In this document: in pieces, positions 20,603 to 28,892 of the stretch
Layout: the number at the start of each line of letters is the position of its first letter
Position numbering within the stretch: the stretch's first letter is position 1
Origin: a virus
Taxonomy: Duplodnaviria; Caudoviricetes
Direction: 5' to 3' (one strand)
Virus record (IMG/VR): IMGVR_UViG_3300036861_000067
Coordinates: 1 to 55,469 of that record
DNA: 55,469 bases
Made by a program: the position numbers and the translations under genes
Notes under the pieces: model-generated
The model's input: the letters and a program-made list of their open reading frames with translations, nothing else
Database searches by the model: none
Told to the model about the DNA's origin: nothing

Positions 20603-21057
20603 TTTATTAGATTTTCAGTAGGAGTCGGAAGGGTTACGTCACGTTGCAAGGTATTGTGATCGAATATTACGGCGGCTGCATAACGCTGTAGAAGTTCCTG
20701 TTTCCTTTTTAAAAGTGGGTCATCTGTAACGACCACAACAGTTTTCTTTACTGAACGCAGAATCTTACGTGTACCACATTGCGCACCTTTTTCACCAGCT
20801 TCAATCCTTTCACCATTACTAAGAACCTTCAACCCAAGGCCATGTAATGACCCTAATTCAATGTTAAAATGTTGGAGCAATTTACGACGCCAAGCATTGG
20901 TGACTACCTTGTAGCGAGCAGACCTGATAGGATGGCCAAGCACTTTTTCAATTGATTCATGTAAGATAATATTTCCCACATCAAAAGGTTCAAAAGTCTT
21001 AATCAATTTCTCAACTTCTGGTGCAGTTGGAATACCGCCAAAAAACATTTTACTCAT
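20599..21057 (-). CDS. Basic hypothetical protein (possible winged helix) linked to the RAMP-like gene
   Basis: AAGGAGA RBS before ATG at 21057; 152 aa; stop overlaps the polymerase start. Confidence 0.7.
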   Translation of the reverse strand: MSKMFFGGIPTAPEVEKLIKTFEPFDVGNIILHESIEKVLGHPIRSARYKVVTNAWRRKLLQHFNIELGSLHGLGLKVLSNGERIEAGEKGAQCGTRKILRSVKKTVVVVTDDPLLKRKQELLQRYAAAVIFDHNTLQRDVTLPTPTENLIK

Positions 21058-21067
21058 TTCAAATCTC

Positions 21068-21205
21068 CTTGTGCATAAAGCACCCATGCCTCGCCAAACC
21101 TAGCCGCGCCTCGCCAAGCCACGCCACGCTTTAATATCTTGTGCATAAAGCACCCATGCCTAGCCCAACCTAGCCTCGCCTTGCCATGCCACGCCGAACC
21201 GCGCT
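21068..21205 (-). ncRNA. Two GGY-NN pentamer units with a 3' hairpin handle (putative guide RNAs, downstream array)
   Basis: + strand: handle CTTGTGCATAAAGCACCC at 21068 and 21138, followed by 9 and 10 pentamers (NN-RCC, the last one NN-GCT). Confidence 0.75.
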
Positions 21206-21864
21206 TAAATCCTTTTAATTACCACAGTAAATCTGCCAAATGGCCCTGGAGTTTTACCGCCAGGACGCCAATCACCTAAACCTTTATACTGCCCGGCAAA
21301 AGTGAGAATGTCTTTCAAAACTTCATCAGTGATCTGTTCATCCATTATTGAAAGCGTGCCATAAAGTGACCAGCTATCAAAACGTGGGCGCACCCGGACA
21401 TGCTTACTTGTGCCGATCTTTGCCCGCTTAATGAAAAGACTGAAGCCAAGAGCTTCTACAGCTTTGCGATGCGCTTTAAAATCTTCTACATCTTTCAAAG
21501 CGTGAATGTGCTGGATAGGAATAGCTTGCCCGTTAACTGATAATTCCCAATCAGCTTCAGGAGCGATGCCGCTTTGAGTTTGTGACTTAAAAGTTTTACC
21601 AGATTTGCCACCTGGAACTGGCACCATCGCGCCACCTTCCATAATGCAGCGCATGACATTATCGCTTGGCATAGTGACGAATTTACCATCATGGTAAACT
21701 GAACCAATCCAACGAAATGCGGGTGAACGATCATCTCCGGCTTTACTTCCTTTTTTATTATGCGGGTCATTTTTCCAATCATCCATGGAATCCGACCAAT
21801 CAATATTGTCCCAATGCATAAGTAATGGGGTCTGACCAGTAACGAAAACTTCATATCTACGCAT
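21205..21864 (-). CDS. Stand-alone Cas7/RAMP-like protein (Vipr-like)
   Basis: N-terminal strand with TPLLMH, P...MRCIMEGG helix, RVRPRFDSW, C-terminal Gly-rich loop GLGDWRP...FGRF; AAAGGTGA RBS before ATG at 21864. Confidence 0.7.
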   Translation of the reverse strand: MRRYEVFVTGQTPLLMHWDNIDWSDSMDDWKNDPHNKKGSKAGDDRSPAFRWIGSVYHDGKFVTMPSDNVMRCIMEGGAMVPVPGGKSGKTFKSQTQSGIAPEADWELSVNGQAIPIQHIHALKDVEDFKAHRKAVEALGFSLFIKRAKIGTSKHVRVRPRFDSWSLYGTLSIMDEQITDEVLKDILTFAGQYKGLGDWRPGGKTPGPFGRFTVVIKRI

Positions 21865-21882
21865 GAAAATCACCTTTAAAAT

Positions 21883-22071
21883 TTGTGCAAACGCACCCTT
21901 GCCTCACCTGGCCCCGCCTTGCCCAGCCAGGCCGCGCCACGCCTTGCCCGGCCGTGCCATGCCAAGCCGCGCCGCGACTAATTTAATGTGCTTACGCACC
22001 CTTGCCCTGCCTCACCCCGCCGCACCTCGCCCGGCCCGGCCCGGCCTGGCCCGGCCTAGTCTAGCCTTACC
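21883..22071 (-). ncRNA. Two GGY-NN pentamer units with a 3' hairpin handle (putative guide RNAs, upstream array)
   Basis: Handles TGTGC-N4-GCACCC at about 21884 and 21987, followed by 15 and 14 pentamers on the + strand. Confidence 0.75.
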
Positions 22072-22407
22072 TTATCTCTCAATCTCCCGTAATTCAATCC
22101 GGGTTCCACGTTCTTCCACAGCCACCAGTTCCAAGCATTTCTTCTCAATGTAAGCCGCTGATGTCTCCCCTGGTGTAATCGGCGGCTGAAGAACAAAAGC
22201 CAAGATCCCACGAACATGTTCTTCCGGTACTGTCGGGTGCGCCCGCTTCAAAGCTTCGATGATCTTCGGCAGATTCATCATGTAGATAAGGCCGGTAGCT
22301 TCACGCGTCACCTGGGCATATTCCTTACACGTTACTTCCTTTGTGACGGGCGCAGTTGCGCCCATCGCTGGCCCTGCAAGCAGGGCCAGCAACAGAATGC
22401 TTTTCAT
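22072..22407 (-). CDS. Exported hypothetical protein
   Basis: Signal peptide MKSILLLALLAGPAMG; two Cys. Confidence 0.65.
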   Translation of the reverse strand: MKSILLLALLAGPAMGATAPVTKEVTCKEYAQVTREATGLIYMMNLPKIIEALKRAHPTVPEEHVRGILAFVLQPPITPGETSAAYIEKKCLELVAVEERGTRIELREIER

Positions 22408-22410
22408 GAT

Positions 22411-23070
22411 TTACACCAGGGGAGGTCTATCCAAGATCGGAACATCGCTTACCGGCTTTCCGTTTTCATCCAGCCAAGCGACAATATTAAGGATGGGATT
22501 GTAGATGGTCCCATACTCTTTATTTTTATGCTGGTAGCTGTCCGACGACAATTCGATTACAGGGTAGAAGCGTTTGGGATTTTCCTGATAGCCATATGCG
22601 ATCTTGCCGGCCAGATCCAGAATGGCGCGGCGGCCACCAAGAGAGTTGGTTCTGTAGACGACTTGCATGCCGTCGAAGGAAGCAAGGTTGACGCTGACTT
22701 GATCTTCCCAGCCGCGCCCGGATGGTGCTTTACCGCCAGGAGGAATGCCGCCAGAGTTGACCGGGCCGAGTTTGTCAGGATCTACCGGCCCCATGCTCAA
22801 CGGCTGCATGACTTCACCTTCAATGCCGCCCTGCCACCAAGCGACATAGCCGGTCTGCACTGATACCGGGTTGACAATGAATTGCTGGCCTTCATGCACG
22901 GCTTCGCTTTCCTGGCCGAGAACCCATTGCCCTACCTTGGTGAGTCTAAGCAAAGCTTGGCCACCCATAAGCCCGGCTTTGGCCGCGCCGAGAGATGCCA
23001 GATCCTGTTGGAGTTTATCGCGGGAAGGAAGTTGGACATTACCGAAGAATTTTGCGACATCGTTAGCCAT
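22411..23070 (-). CDS. Putative single-stranded DNA-binding protein
   Basis: Position in the replication operon; YQHKNKEYGTIYNP...W motif; ATG at 23070. Confidence 0.55.
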   Translation of the reverse strand: MANDVAKFFGNVQLPSRDKLQQDLASLGAAKAGLMGGQALLRLTKVGQWVLGQESEAVHEGQQFIVNPVSVQTGYVAWWQGGIEGEVMQPLSMGPVDPDKLGPVNSGGIPPGGKAPSGRGWEDQVSVNLASFDGMQVVYRTNSLGGRRAILDLAGKIAYGYQENPKRFYPVIELSSDSYQHKNKEYGTIYNPILNIVAWLDENGKPVSDVPILDRPPLV

Positions 23071-23095
23071 TTGAGTTTCGCCTTTAGAGTATTTG

Positions 23096-23122
23096 AAAAA
23101 AAGCCGGTTACTTTTCACCGGC
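23096..23122 (-). terminator. Rho-independent terminator
   Basis: GCCGGT-N8-ACCGGC followed by T7 on the - strand. Confidence 0.7.
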
Positions 23123-23460
23123 AAGCCATCTGGTTCCTACGTCATGTCTACCAGCAACCCAGCTCAGGTGAGCAAGCAGGCTACAGCCAGCGCCCATCAA
23201 CGCCGGATACTGTACTTGGCCGCCCTCGCAAAGCGGAACCTCCTTGCTCTTAATCTGCCGGCCCTTCCCCGGCTTGGGATTGCTATTGATGAGGGGTAAG
23301 ACCCCATCGCAAATCCGTGTAATTCATGACCCGGTTTTTATTAAGCGAAACCGGTTCCTGTAAAACGCTCTTGGGTGTGTCGATAACCATCTCTGACAAA
23401 AGTTAATAAAGCACACCCAAACGCCCCCGACAAACTCGCTTCGGCCATTTGGGGTTCTTA
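23096..23460 (-). ncRNA. Candidate structured non-coding RNA
   Basis: About 365 nt intergenic with at least six hairpins and a 3' terminator. Confidence 0.4.
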
Positions 23461-23471
23461 AGTTGCTTGGC

Positions 23472-23618
23472 TCACTTGAAACAACCGGCGCCACGACAAT
23501 GACCGAAGTTGGTGCCACCGCCGTCTGCGCCGCTGCGCCCACCCTTGTCGCCACATTCACCAGCCGCCATAGCGCCCGCGCTGAACAACATCATCAGTAC
23601 AACCAAGATCGCTTTCAT
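23472..23618 (-). CDS. 48-aa secreted Gly/Cys-rich peptide (not in the ORF track)
   Basis: MKAILVVLMMLFSAGAMA-AGECGDKGGRSGADGGGTNFGHCRGAGCFK; starts 1 nt after the upstream stop. Confidence 0.6.
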   Translation of the reverse strand: MKAILVVLMMLFSAGAMAAGECGDKGGRSGADGGGTNFGHCRGAGCFK

Positions 23619-23619
23619 G

Positions 23620-24066
23620 TTAAACCCCAAAGTGTGTTAGCACATCGGCAATCGCCGCATGCTGCTCCGGCTTCAGCTCAGTGAAACGGCTGACGCCAAA
23701 ATTGCCGAGAACTTCCAGCGCCTTGTCGTAATCCTTGGCTACTAGATTGGTGAAGCGGACCTGCAGTTCTTCGGGCGCCGATGCTGGTGTAGTAGCTTGC
23801 TCAGATGCTGCCGCCTCTGGCTCTGACCCTGCTGCCGGATCTTCGCCTTTCACCTTTGCCGGACGGCCACGGCGCTTGCCTTCGGCTGCTGGCGCTGCCG
23901 CTGGTGCGGATTCGTCTTGTGCCGTTGGTTCATCCGATGGTCTGAAATATCTGGTTTCAGGATCTAGAGGATGAACATTAGCCGGGACACCAGCCAATGC
24001 CAGGAAAGCGCCCAAATGCTCAGCCGAAACTACAACCGGCTTATCGAAAGTCACAGCGAAACTCAT
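23620..24066 (-). CDS. Hypothetical replication-module protein
   Basis: Ala/Pro/Glu linker, KRRGRP, C-terminal VLGNFGVSRFTELKPEQ helix bundle seen in APSE-like phages. Confidence 0.65.
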   Translation of the reverse strand: MSFAVTFDKPVVVSAEHLGAFLALAGVPANVHPLDPETRYFRPSDEPTAQDESAPAAAPAAEGKRRGRPAKVKGEDPAAGSEPEAAASEQATTPASAPEELQVRFTNLVAKDYDKALEVLGNFGVSRFTELKPEQHAAIADVLTHFGV

Positions 24067-24242
24067 ACTAGATCCTTTTTGGTTGGTGAAGGTGCCGTAA
24101 AGCGCTGTTCGTAAGCTTCCTCAATCAACACCTGCATCTCAGCGGAAAGGCTGCGCCGGTTTGCACCAGCCAAAGCTTCTAGCTTGGCGCGTATGCCTTT
24201 GGTTCCGTAGATATGCAACGTGTCGTAAACTGTCTTTTTCAT
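24063..24242 (-). CDS. Arc-like ribbon-helix-helix regulator
   Basis: IRAKLEALAGANRRSLSAEMQVLIEEA. Confidence 0.75.
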   Translation of the reverse strand: MKKTVYDTLHIYGTKGIRAKLEALAGANRRSLSAEMQVLIEEAYEQRFTAPSPTKKDLV

Positions 24243-24250
24243 AATATGGT

Positions 24251-24264
24251 ATGTAGTGCTACAT
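24251..24264. promoter_or_regulatory. Palindromic operator candidate
   Basis: ATGTAG-TG-CTACAT directly upstream of the Arc-like gene, next to a - strand TTGACA at 24267-24272. Confidence 0.5.
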
Positions 24265-24298
24265 GTTGTCAAGGTTGAATTTGAACCCTATATGTCGT

Positions 24299-24327
24299 AA
24301 GCTAATACACACAACCAACCTTGTCAA
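24299..24327 (-). promoter_or_regulatory. Sigma70-type promoter for the leftward replication operon
   Basis: TTGACA-17 bp-TAGCTT. Confidence 0.55.
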
Positions 24328-24338
24328 GAAAACGCCAT

Positions 24339-25652
24339 ATGCCGACACTTCGACCATCCCAAGCTAAAGCCGTATCGGAAATCCTGACATCCAAATTACT
24401 TTTGGCAGATGTAGGCGCAGGCAAGACAGCCACAGCTTTAAAAGCCATAGAGCGGAAATCCATTGTAGCTAAAAAACGCGTGCTAGTGGTAGGCACCAAA
24501 CGAATCTGCGATAGCGTTTGGGGTGAAGAAATCAAAATCTGGACGCCGGGTTTCAGCTATGCCTCTGTCGCCGGTCGGCCCGCTTCCCTCCGTAGTGTAA
24601 TTTTGGAAGGGTCTGTTTTCGACATCGTCGGCATCAACTTCGAAAACCTGATTTGGGCCATCAACACCTACGGCGAGGAACTGCCGCGCATGTTCCCCTG
24701 GCTGGTGATCGATGAATCCAGCCGGGTAGAAAATCCCGGCAGCAAGACCTTCAAGAAGCTGAAGCCATTGCTTCCTCTGTTCGAGTGGCGCTTGCCGATG
24801 ACCGGCACACCACGCGCCAATCATCTCTATGACCTATGGGGCAGCGCCTATCTCGCGGATCTTGGCAAAGCCCTGGGCATCTATCGGCAAGCCTTCCAGC
24901 AGCGGTGGTTCTACCCGGTGAGCAGGCCAATAGGTTTCGATTGGGTGCCTAAGCCAGTGGCCGAACAGGAAATCTACAAGCGGCTGGCATCCGTGGCGCA
25001 TCGCATGCCATTCACGCACCAAGCCCCCATGGAAATCGATGTAAAGATCCAATTAAACGACAAGGTAAAACGGATTCAAGCCAAGATCGACAAAGCCAAG
25101 GATGATGACTGCACCATCGATGGTGTGACCTATAAGCGTGACGGCCAACGCGTATCTGCCAAGCAACTGCAGCTCTCGTCCGGCTTCATGTATACCGATA
25201 CCGGCGAAACCCTCGAACTGCATACCGACAAGATCGATGCCCTTTGGGACATCATCCTCGAAGCCAAGGGCGAACCCGTCATGGTGGTGTATCAGTTCGA
25301 GCACGAGCGCGACGCTATACTGAATCATTTCCCCCAAGCTAGGACGTTGACCGATGCCACCACGTTGAAACAGTGGAATGCCGGCGAGATTGAAATGCTG
25401 CTGGTACATCCCCTCTCTTGCGGCCATGGCCTCAACGCGCAGTTCTCCGGCTGCGATCTGCAAGTCTGGTTCACGCCAACGCATGATGCGGAACTTTACA
25501 CCCAAACCATTGGCCGCCTGAATCGGCCAGGGAATCCTAAAACTGTCCGTGTTCTTCGCCTGATTATGCAGGGCACCAAAGACGCCGCTTGCTATGCTGT
25601 CGTCGCCGCCCGTCAGCGCGGGGAACACGCAACCCTGGACATGTTTGAATGA
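24339..25652 (+). CDS. SNF2-like (SF2) helicase
   Basis: GAGKT, DESS, TGTP, GHGLN, QTIGRLNRPG. Confidence 0.9.
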   Translation: MPTLRPSQAKAVSEILTSKLLLADVGAGKTATALKAIERKSIVAKKRVLVVGTKRICDSVWGEEIKIWTPGFSYASVAGRPASLRSVILEGSVFDIVGINFENLIWAINTYGEELPRMFPWLVIDESSRVENPGSKTFKKLKPLLPLFEWRLPMTGTPRANHLYDLWGSAYLADLGKALGIYRQAFQQRWFYPVSRPIGFDWVPKPVAEQEIYKRLASVAHRMPFTHQAPMEIDVKIQLNDKVKRIQAKIDKAKDDDCTIDGVTYKRDGQRVSAKQLQLSSGFMYTDTGETLELHTDKIDALWDIILEAKGEPVMVVYQFEHERDAILNHFPQARTLTDATTLKQWNAGEIEMLLVHPLSCGHGLNAQFSGCDLQVWFTPTHDAELYTQTIGRLNRPGNPKTVRVLRLIMQGTKDAACYAVVAARQRGEHATLDMFE

Positions 25653-27811
25653 ATATTGGATTCGATGAAATCTTCAAGGAATTAGCCCCACTTCCGAGGT
25701 GGGTTCCCTATCAAATAGTTTGGAATGAAAAGCGCCAGAAGTACGACAAGATTCCCTACAACGGCACTCGTAAGTTATTTACAACGAGGCCAGATGAATG
25801 GGGGAATCTGGAACATGCTTGTGAATTAGCCAAACACCCTTCTGTTTCCGGCGTAGGCTTGGTGCTAACGTCCGGCATCACTTACGCCGGCTGGCGCTTG
25901 ATCGGCTTAGACTATGACCAAGTGGACTTCGCCAACTTCAAGCCGATGTTCCGTGGCTATACGGAAAAATCTCCTTCCGGTACTGGTGTAAGGGCTTTTG
26001 CCTGGGTCCCCGAGCCTTGGGCGGTTCGTTACAAAGATACCCAAGTAAAACATCCTTACTGTGACCATTGCGAAATCTACCTGGGCACAGCGCCACGCTT
26101 CCTGACCGTCACGTTTGACACCATCGACGAGGATTACATTCCGAGCCTGAAACCTAAAGCCTCCGCAAAAGTAAATATTGGTGCTCTTGAAGCTTTGGAA
26201 AAGCTGCTAAAACCAGCCGAAGCCAAGCGAGTAGATCCACCAAAAGTCGAAACCGAACCCATAAATTTCTCTGGCATTCTGCTATCCAAAGAACATCAAG
26301 ATTTATTGGCTGGCTGCTATAAAGGTGATCGTTCTTCATGTTTGCACGGTTTGTTGATCCAGCTTATCGACGCCGGCAAGAGTCAGGCCGAACTTGTCGC
26401 CACCATCATCTCAACTCCAGCGCTCTGGCAATACTGTCTTTCCCATCGCAATAACGATCCTGATAAGGCCGCCATATTCGCCGAGTGGGAAGTAAGCCAT
26501 GCCTATAAGAATTCCCTGACTTCAAAGCGTGATGCCCTGGTTGGATTCAACAAGGCATGGGCAGATCCAACCACGCCCGACGAGGATGAGGAAGAAGAAC
26601 TACCTCAGCTTGAAGACCTTACTTTTCCCGAACATCTGTTCGACGATGCCCAAGGTTTGGTAGGTGAGATTGCCCACTGGATCTATGCCGCTTCCTATGC
26701 GCCACGCAAAGAGTTTTCCTATGCGTGTGCCCTGTCTATGGTGGCCACCATGATCGGCCCCTACTGCACCCAAGGCACACGCGGCGGCATTCTCAACCTG
26801 TACATAGCCCTCATTGGTGGCACAGGGACAGGCAAGAATGAAGCGTTCGACAACATGGCCAGGCTACTGGCCGAAACCGACGCCAAGGACTGCATACTAG
26901 GCTTCCCGGCTTCGGAAGCGGCCTTGCGCCAACAATTGGTACACACACCCAACATTCTGCTGCGCGTGGACGAGCTGGCGCACCGGATGAAGTTGATAAG
27001 CCAGAACGAGAATGGCTTGGCCGGCTGCATCCTTGAAGCCTACAACGGCACCCGCATGCCACCCAAGACTTACGCCGACGCCAAGAAAACCTTGCCGGCA
27101 ATTGAAACACCATTCGTCCAGATCATCGGCGGCGCGACCGACAAGGTTTGGGATGTGCTGAACGACTCCCACATGGAAGACGGCACGCTGAACAGATTCA
27201 TTTTCTCCTGTCTGCCCGACAAGGCTGAATACAGCTTCAATCCAAAGCCATGCGCTGTCGTCACCAAGGAATTCAGGGACAGGCTGAACAAATTCTTTCG
27301 TGAAGGCAAGCGGTGGGATCTGATTGGATACTGCCCGCCAGGAATGGGCCGGGTAGTTCAGTTTGGTGAAGGTGTGGAGGACGCGGTAATCGAATTGAAC
27401 CGTGGCAACTGGACACCGCAGCAAGACGAGCGCTACGGTACTTTGTGGTCGCGCTATGTGATGCACGTCACAAAGATCGCTTGCATCCTGGCGGTGGGTG
27501 ATGACCGGCTTACTGTCACCATGGATGACTTCGAGGAAGCCAGAACCTTCATGACTTGGAGTGTGCTCAACACCCAGCACAAGGTAGTCAATAGAGTATC
27601 AAGCAGCAACTTTGAAGGGTTGGAGAAGAAACTGTTGTCGAAGCTTAAAGAATTTGGAAAGATGCGCCCACGTGATGCTTATCGTTTCTTGCGCATCAAG
27701 AAACGTGAAATGGATGAACTGGTGATGACGCTATTGGATGCCGGCGAGATTGAAGTGATAGAAAAACAAAGTGGCCAGTGGCTATCGTTACCAAAGAAAA
27801 ACCCGGCTTAG
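25649..27811 (+). CDS. Primase-polymerase fused to a DUF3987-type P-loop helicase domain
   Basis: GLDYD, EKSPSGTGVRAF, CEIY in the N-terminus; GGTGTGKN Walker A, VDE, DGTLNRF. Confidence 0.8.
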   Translation: MNIGFDEIFKELAPLPRWVPYQIVWNEKRQKYDKIPYNGTRKLFTTRPDEWGNLEHACELAKHPSVSGVGLVLTSGITYAGWRLIGLDYDQVDFANFKPMFRGYTEKSPSGTGVRAFAWVPEPWAVRYKDTQVKHPYCDHCEIYLGTAPRFLTVTFDTIDEDYIPSLKPKASAKVNIGALEALEKLLKPAEAKRVDPPKVETEPINFSGILLSKEHQDLLAGCYKGDRSSCLHGLLIQLIDAGKSQAELVATIISTPALWQYCLSHRNNDPDKAAIFAEWEVSHAYKNSLTSKRDALVGFNKAWADPTTPDEDEEEELPQLEDLTFPEHLFDDAQGLVGEIAHWIYAASYAPRKEFSYACALSMVATMIGPYCTQGTRGGILNLYIALIGGTGTGKNEAFDNMARLLAETDAKDCILGFPASEAALRQQLVHTPNILLRVDELAHRMKLISQNENGLAGCILEAYNGTRMPPKTYADAKKTLPAIETPFVQIIGGATDKVWDVLNDSHMEDGTLNRFIFSCLPDKAEYSFNPKPCAVVTKEFRDRLNKFFREGKRWDLIGYCPPGMGRVVQFGEGVEDAVIELNRGNWTPQQDERYGTLWSRYVMHVTKIACILAVGDDRLTVTMDDFEEARTFMTWSVLNTQHKVVNRVSSSNFEGLEKKLLSKLKEFGKMRPRDAYRFLRIKKREMDELVMTLLDAGEIEVIEKQSGQWLSLPKKNPA

Positions 27812-27824
27812 GCCGGGTTTTTCT
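27795..27824. terminator. Bidirectional terminator between convergent units
   Basis: AGAAAAACCCGGC-TTAG-GCCGGGTTTTTCT. Confidence 0.8.
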
Positions 27825-27966
27825 CAGCACCAGACAACTCCTTTTGTGTCGTAGTCCCCAGCTATCAAATCCTGGCTGGAAAATATCACCCAAGTTTCAG
27901 AATCCCACGGTGCTGGTGAAGTGCCAGCTAGATCCATTGCCATTTGCACCCACCATTTTCTATGTG

Positions 27967-28167
27967 TTAGCACCATATCACCCCACACCAGACTTCCCGA
28001 TAGTGCGCCTCCTCGGTATAAGGGAAAAACTCCACGGCAAAAGCCAGATGGATATGCGGGCCGATATAGCCATCAGCCAGCCTGAATGCCGCCACTTCCC
28101 GGAAGTGCGAGACTTCCAGCATGTTGTCAACGTTTAGATTTCTGGTGAGCATTTCTAATTTCCTCAA
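27967..28167 (-). CDS. Hypothetical early protein
   Basis: ORF in the leftward small-gene cluster. Confidence 0.4.
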   Translation of the reverse strand: MRKLEMLTRNLNVDNMLEVSHFREVAAFRLADGYIGPHIHLAFAVEFFPYTEEAHYREVWCGVIWC

Positions 28168-28256
28168 GTCTGTGGCGTATTACATCGTCAGCCGTCAAAG
28201 GCTTGATAATCTTCGCTCTAAATTCCCGGTAGGCCCAATGTGCTCTCCACCATGCC

Positions 28257-28478
28257 CTAAGTTTCTTCAGCATGATCTTTCCTATGCAGATATTTGTTGG
28301 CTTCAGTGATTGCCTGAAACCTCAACTGATATGCTATATCCCTGGGTAGTATCTGCAACAAGTCCGGCACCTTCACCTCATCACTCATGATTATCAGGGT
28401 CACTATTTCATGACCTTCAAAATAAAAATCAATTTTTAAATTAGTCCCTGGGTAAGGAATTCTAGCATATCCGTTCAT
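28257..28478 (-). CDS. Hypothetical early protein
   Basis: ATGA coupling with the upstream ORF. Confidence 0.5.
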   Translation of the reverse strand: MNGYARIPYPGTNLKIDFYFEGHEIVTLIIMSDEVKVPDLLQILPRDIAYQLRFQAITEANKYLHRKDHAEET

Positions 28479-28717
28479 AATGGTTCACCAAGTGCTGGAT
28501 AAATCTCCCTTGCTATTTCAGTTGGTATTTTTTCGAGGGCTTCGGAAAGTAAAAGGCTTGGCTGCTCTTGCGCATAGTGACGGATTGCGTCAGCGAGCAT
28601 TTTGTTAGTTTCCAGGGATTTGGCCAGGAGGTCCGAATGGATACGGTATCCACAAGCCCCGCAAACGATTTGATAGTGTGACATCTGATTCACCCATTTA
28701 ATAATTTCCCTCTGCAA
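28475..28717 (-). CDS. Hypothetical early protein with CxxC
   Basis: CGAC motif; coupled ORF. Confidence 0.5.
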   Translation of the reverse strand: MQREIIKWVNQMSHYQIVCGACGYRIHSDLLAKSLETNKMLADAIRHYAQEQPSLLLSEALEKIPTEIAREIYPALGEPL

Positions 28718-28892
28718 GCCAACCGTTTGCGATCATAACCGCAATCAAATCAGCTTTATCAAAATCCCCATCAAGGGTGATATATTCATGCTCTCCGTAG
28801 TGACTTATATCGCTGATATAGGCACCGAAGCTGCTGGTTCGATAATCGCCATGACCACTCTGAATATGTATAACGGCTTCGTCTTTAGTCAT
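28698..28892 (-). CDS. Hypothetical early protein
   Basis: Probable start MTKDEAV overlaps the upstream stop. Confidence 0.5.
   Translation of the reverse strand: MTKDEAVIHIQSGHGDYRTSSFGAYISDISHYGEHEYITLDGDFDKADLIAVMIANGWLAEGNY

Noticed and set aside
21068-22071. Canonical CRISPR array
   Set aside because: The handles are short and divergent, the intervening sequence is itself periodic, and no cas1/cas2/cas5/cas6 was seen
21863-22153. + strand Pro/Arg/Ala-rich ORF over the pentamer array
   Set aside because: It is antisense to the operon and its composition is a by-product of the 5-nt repeat, so it is not a credible gene
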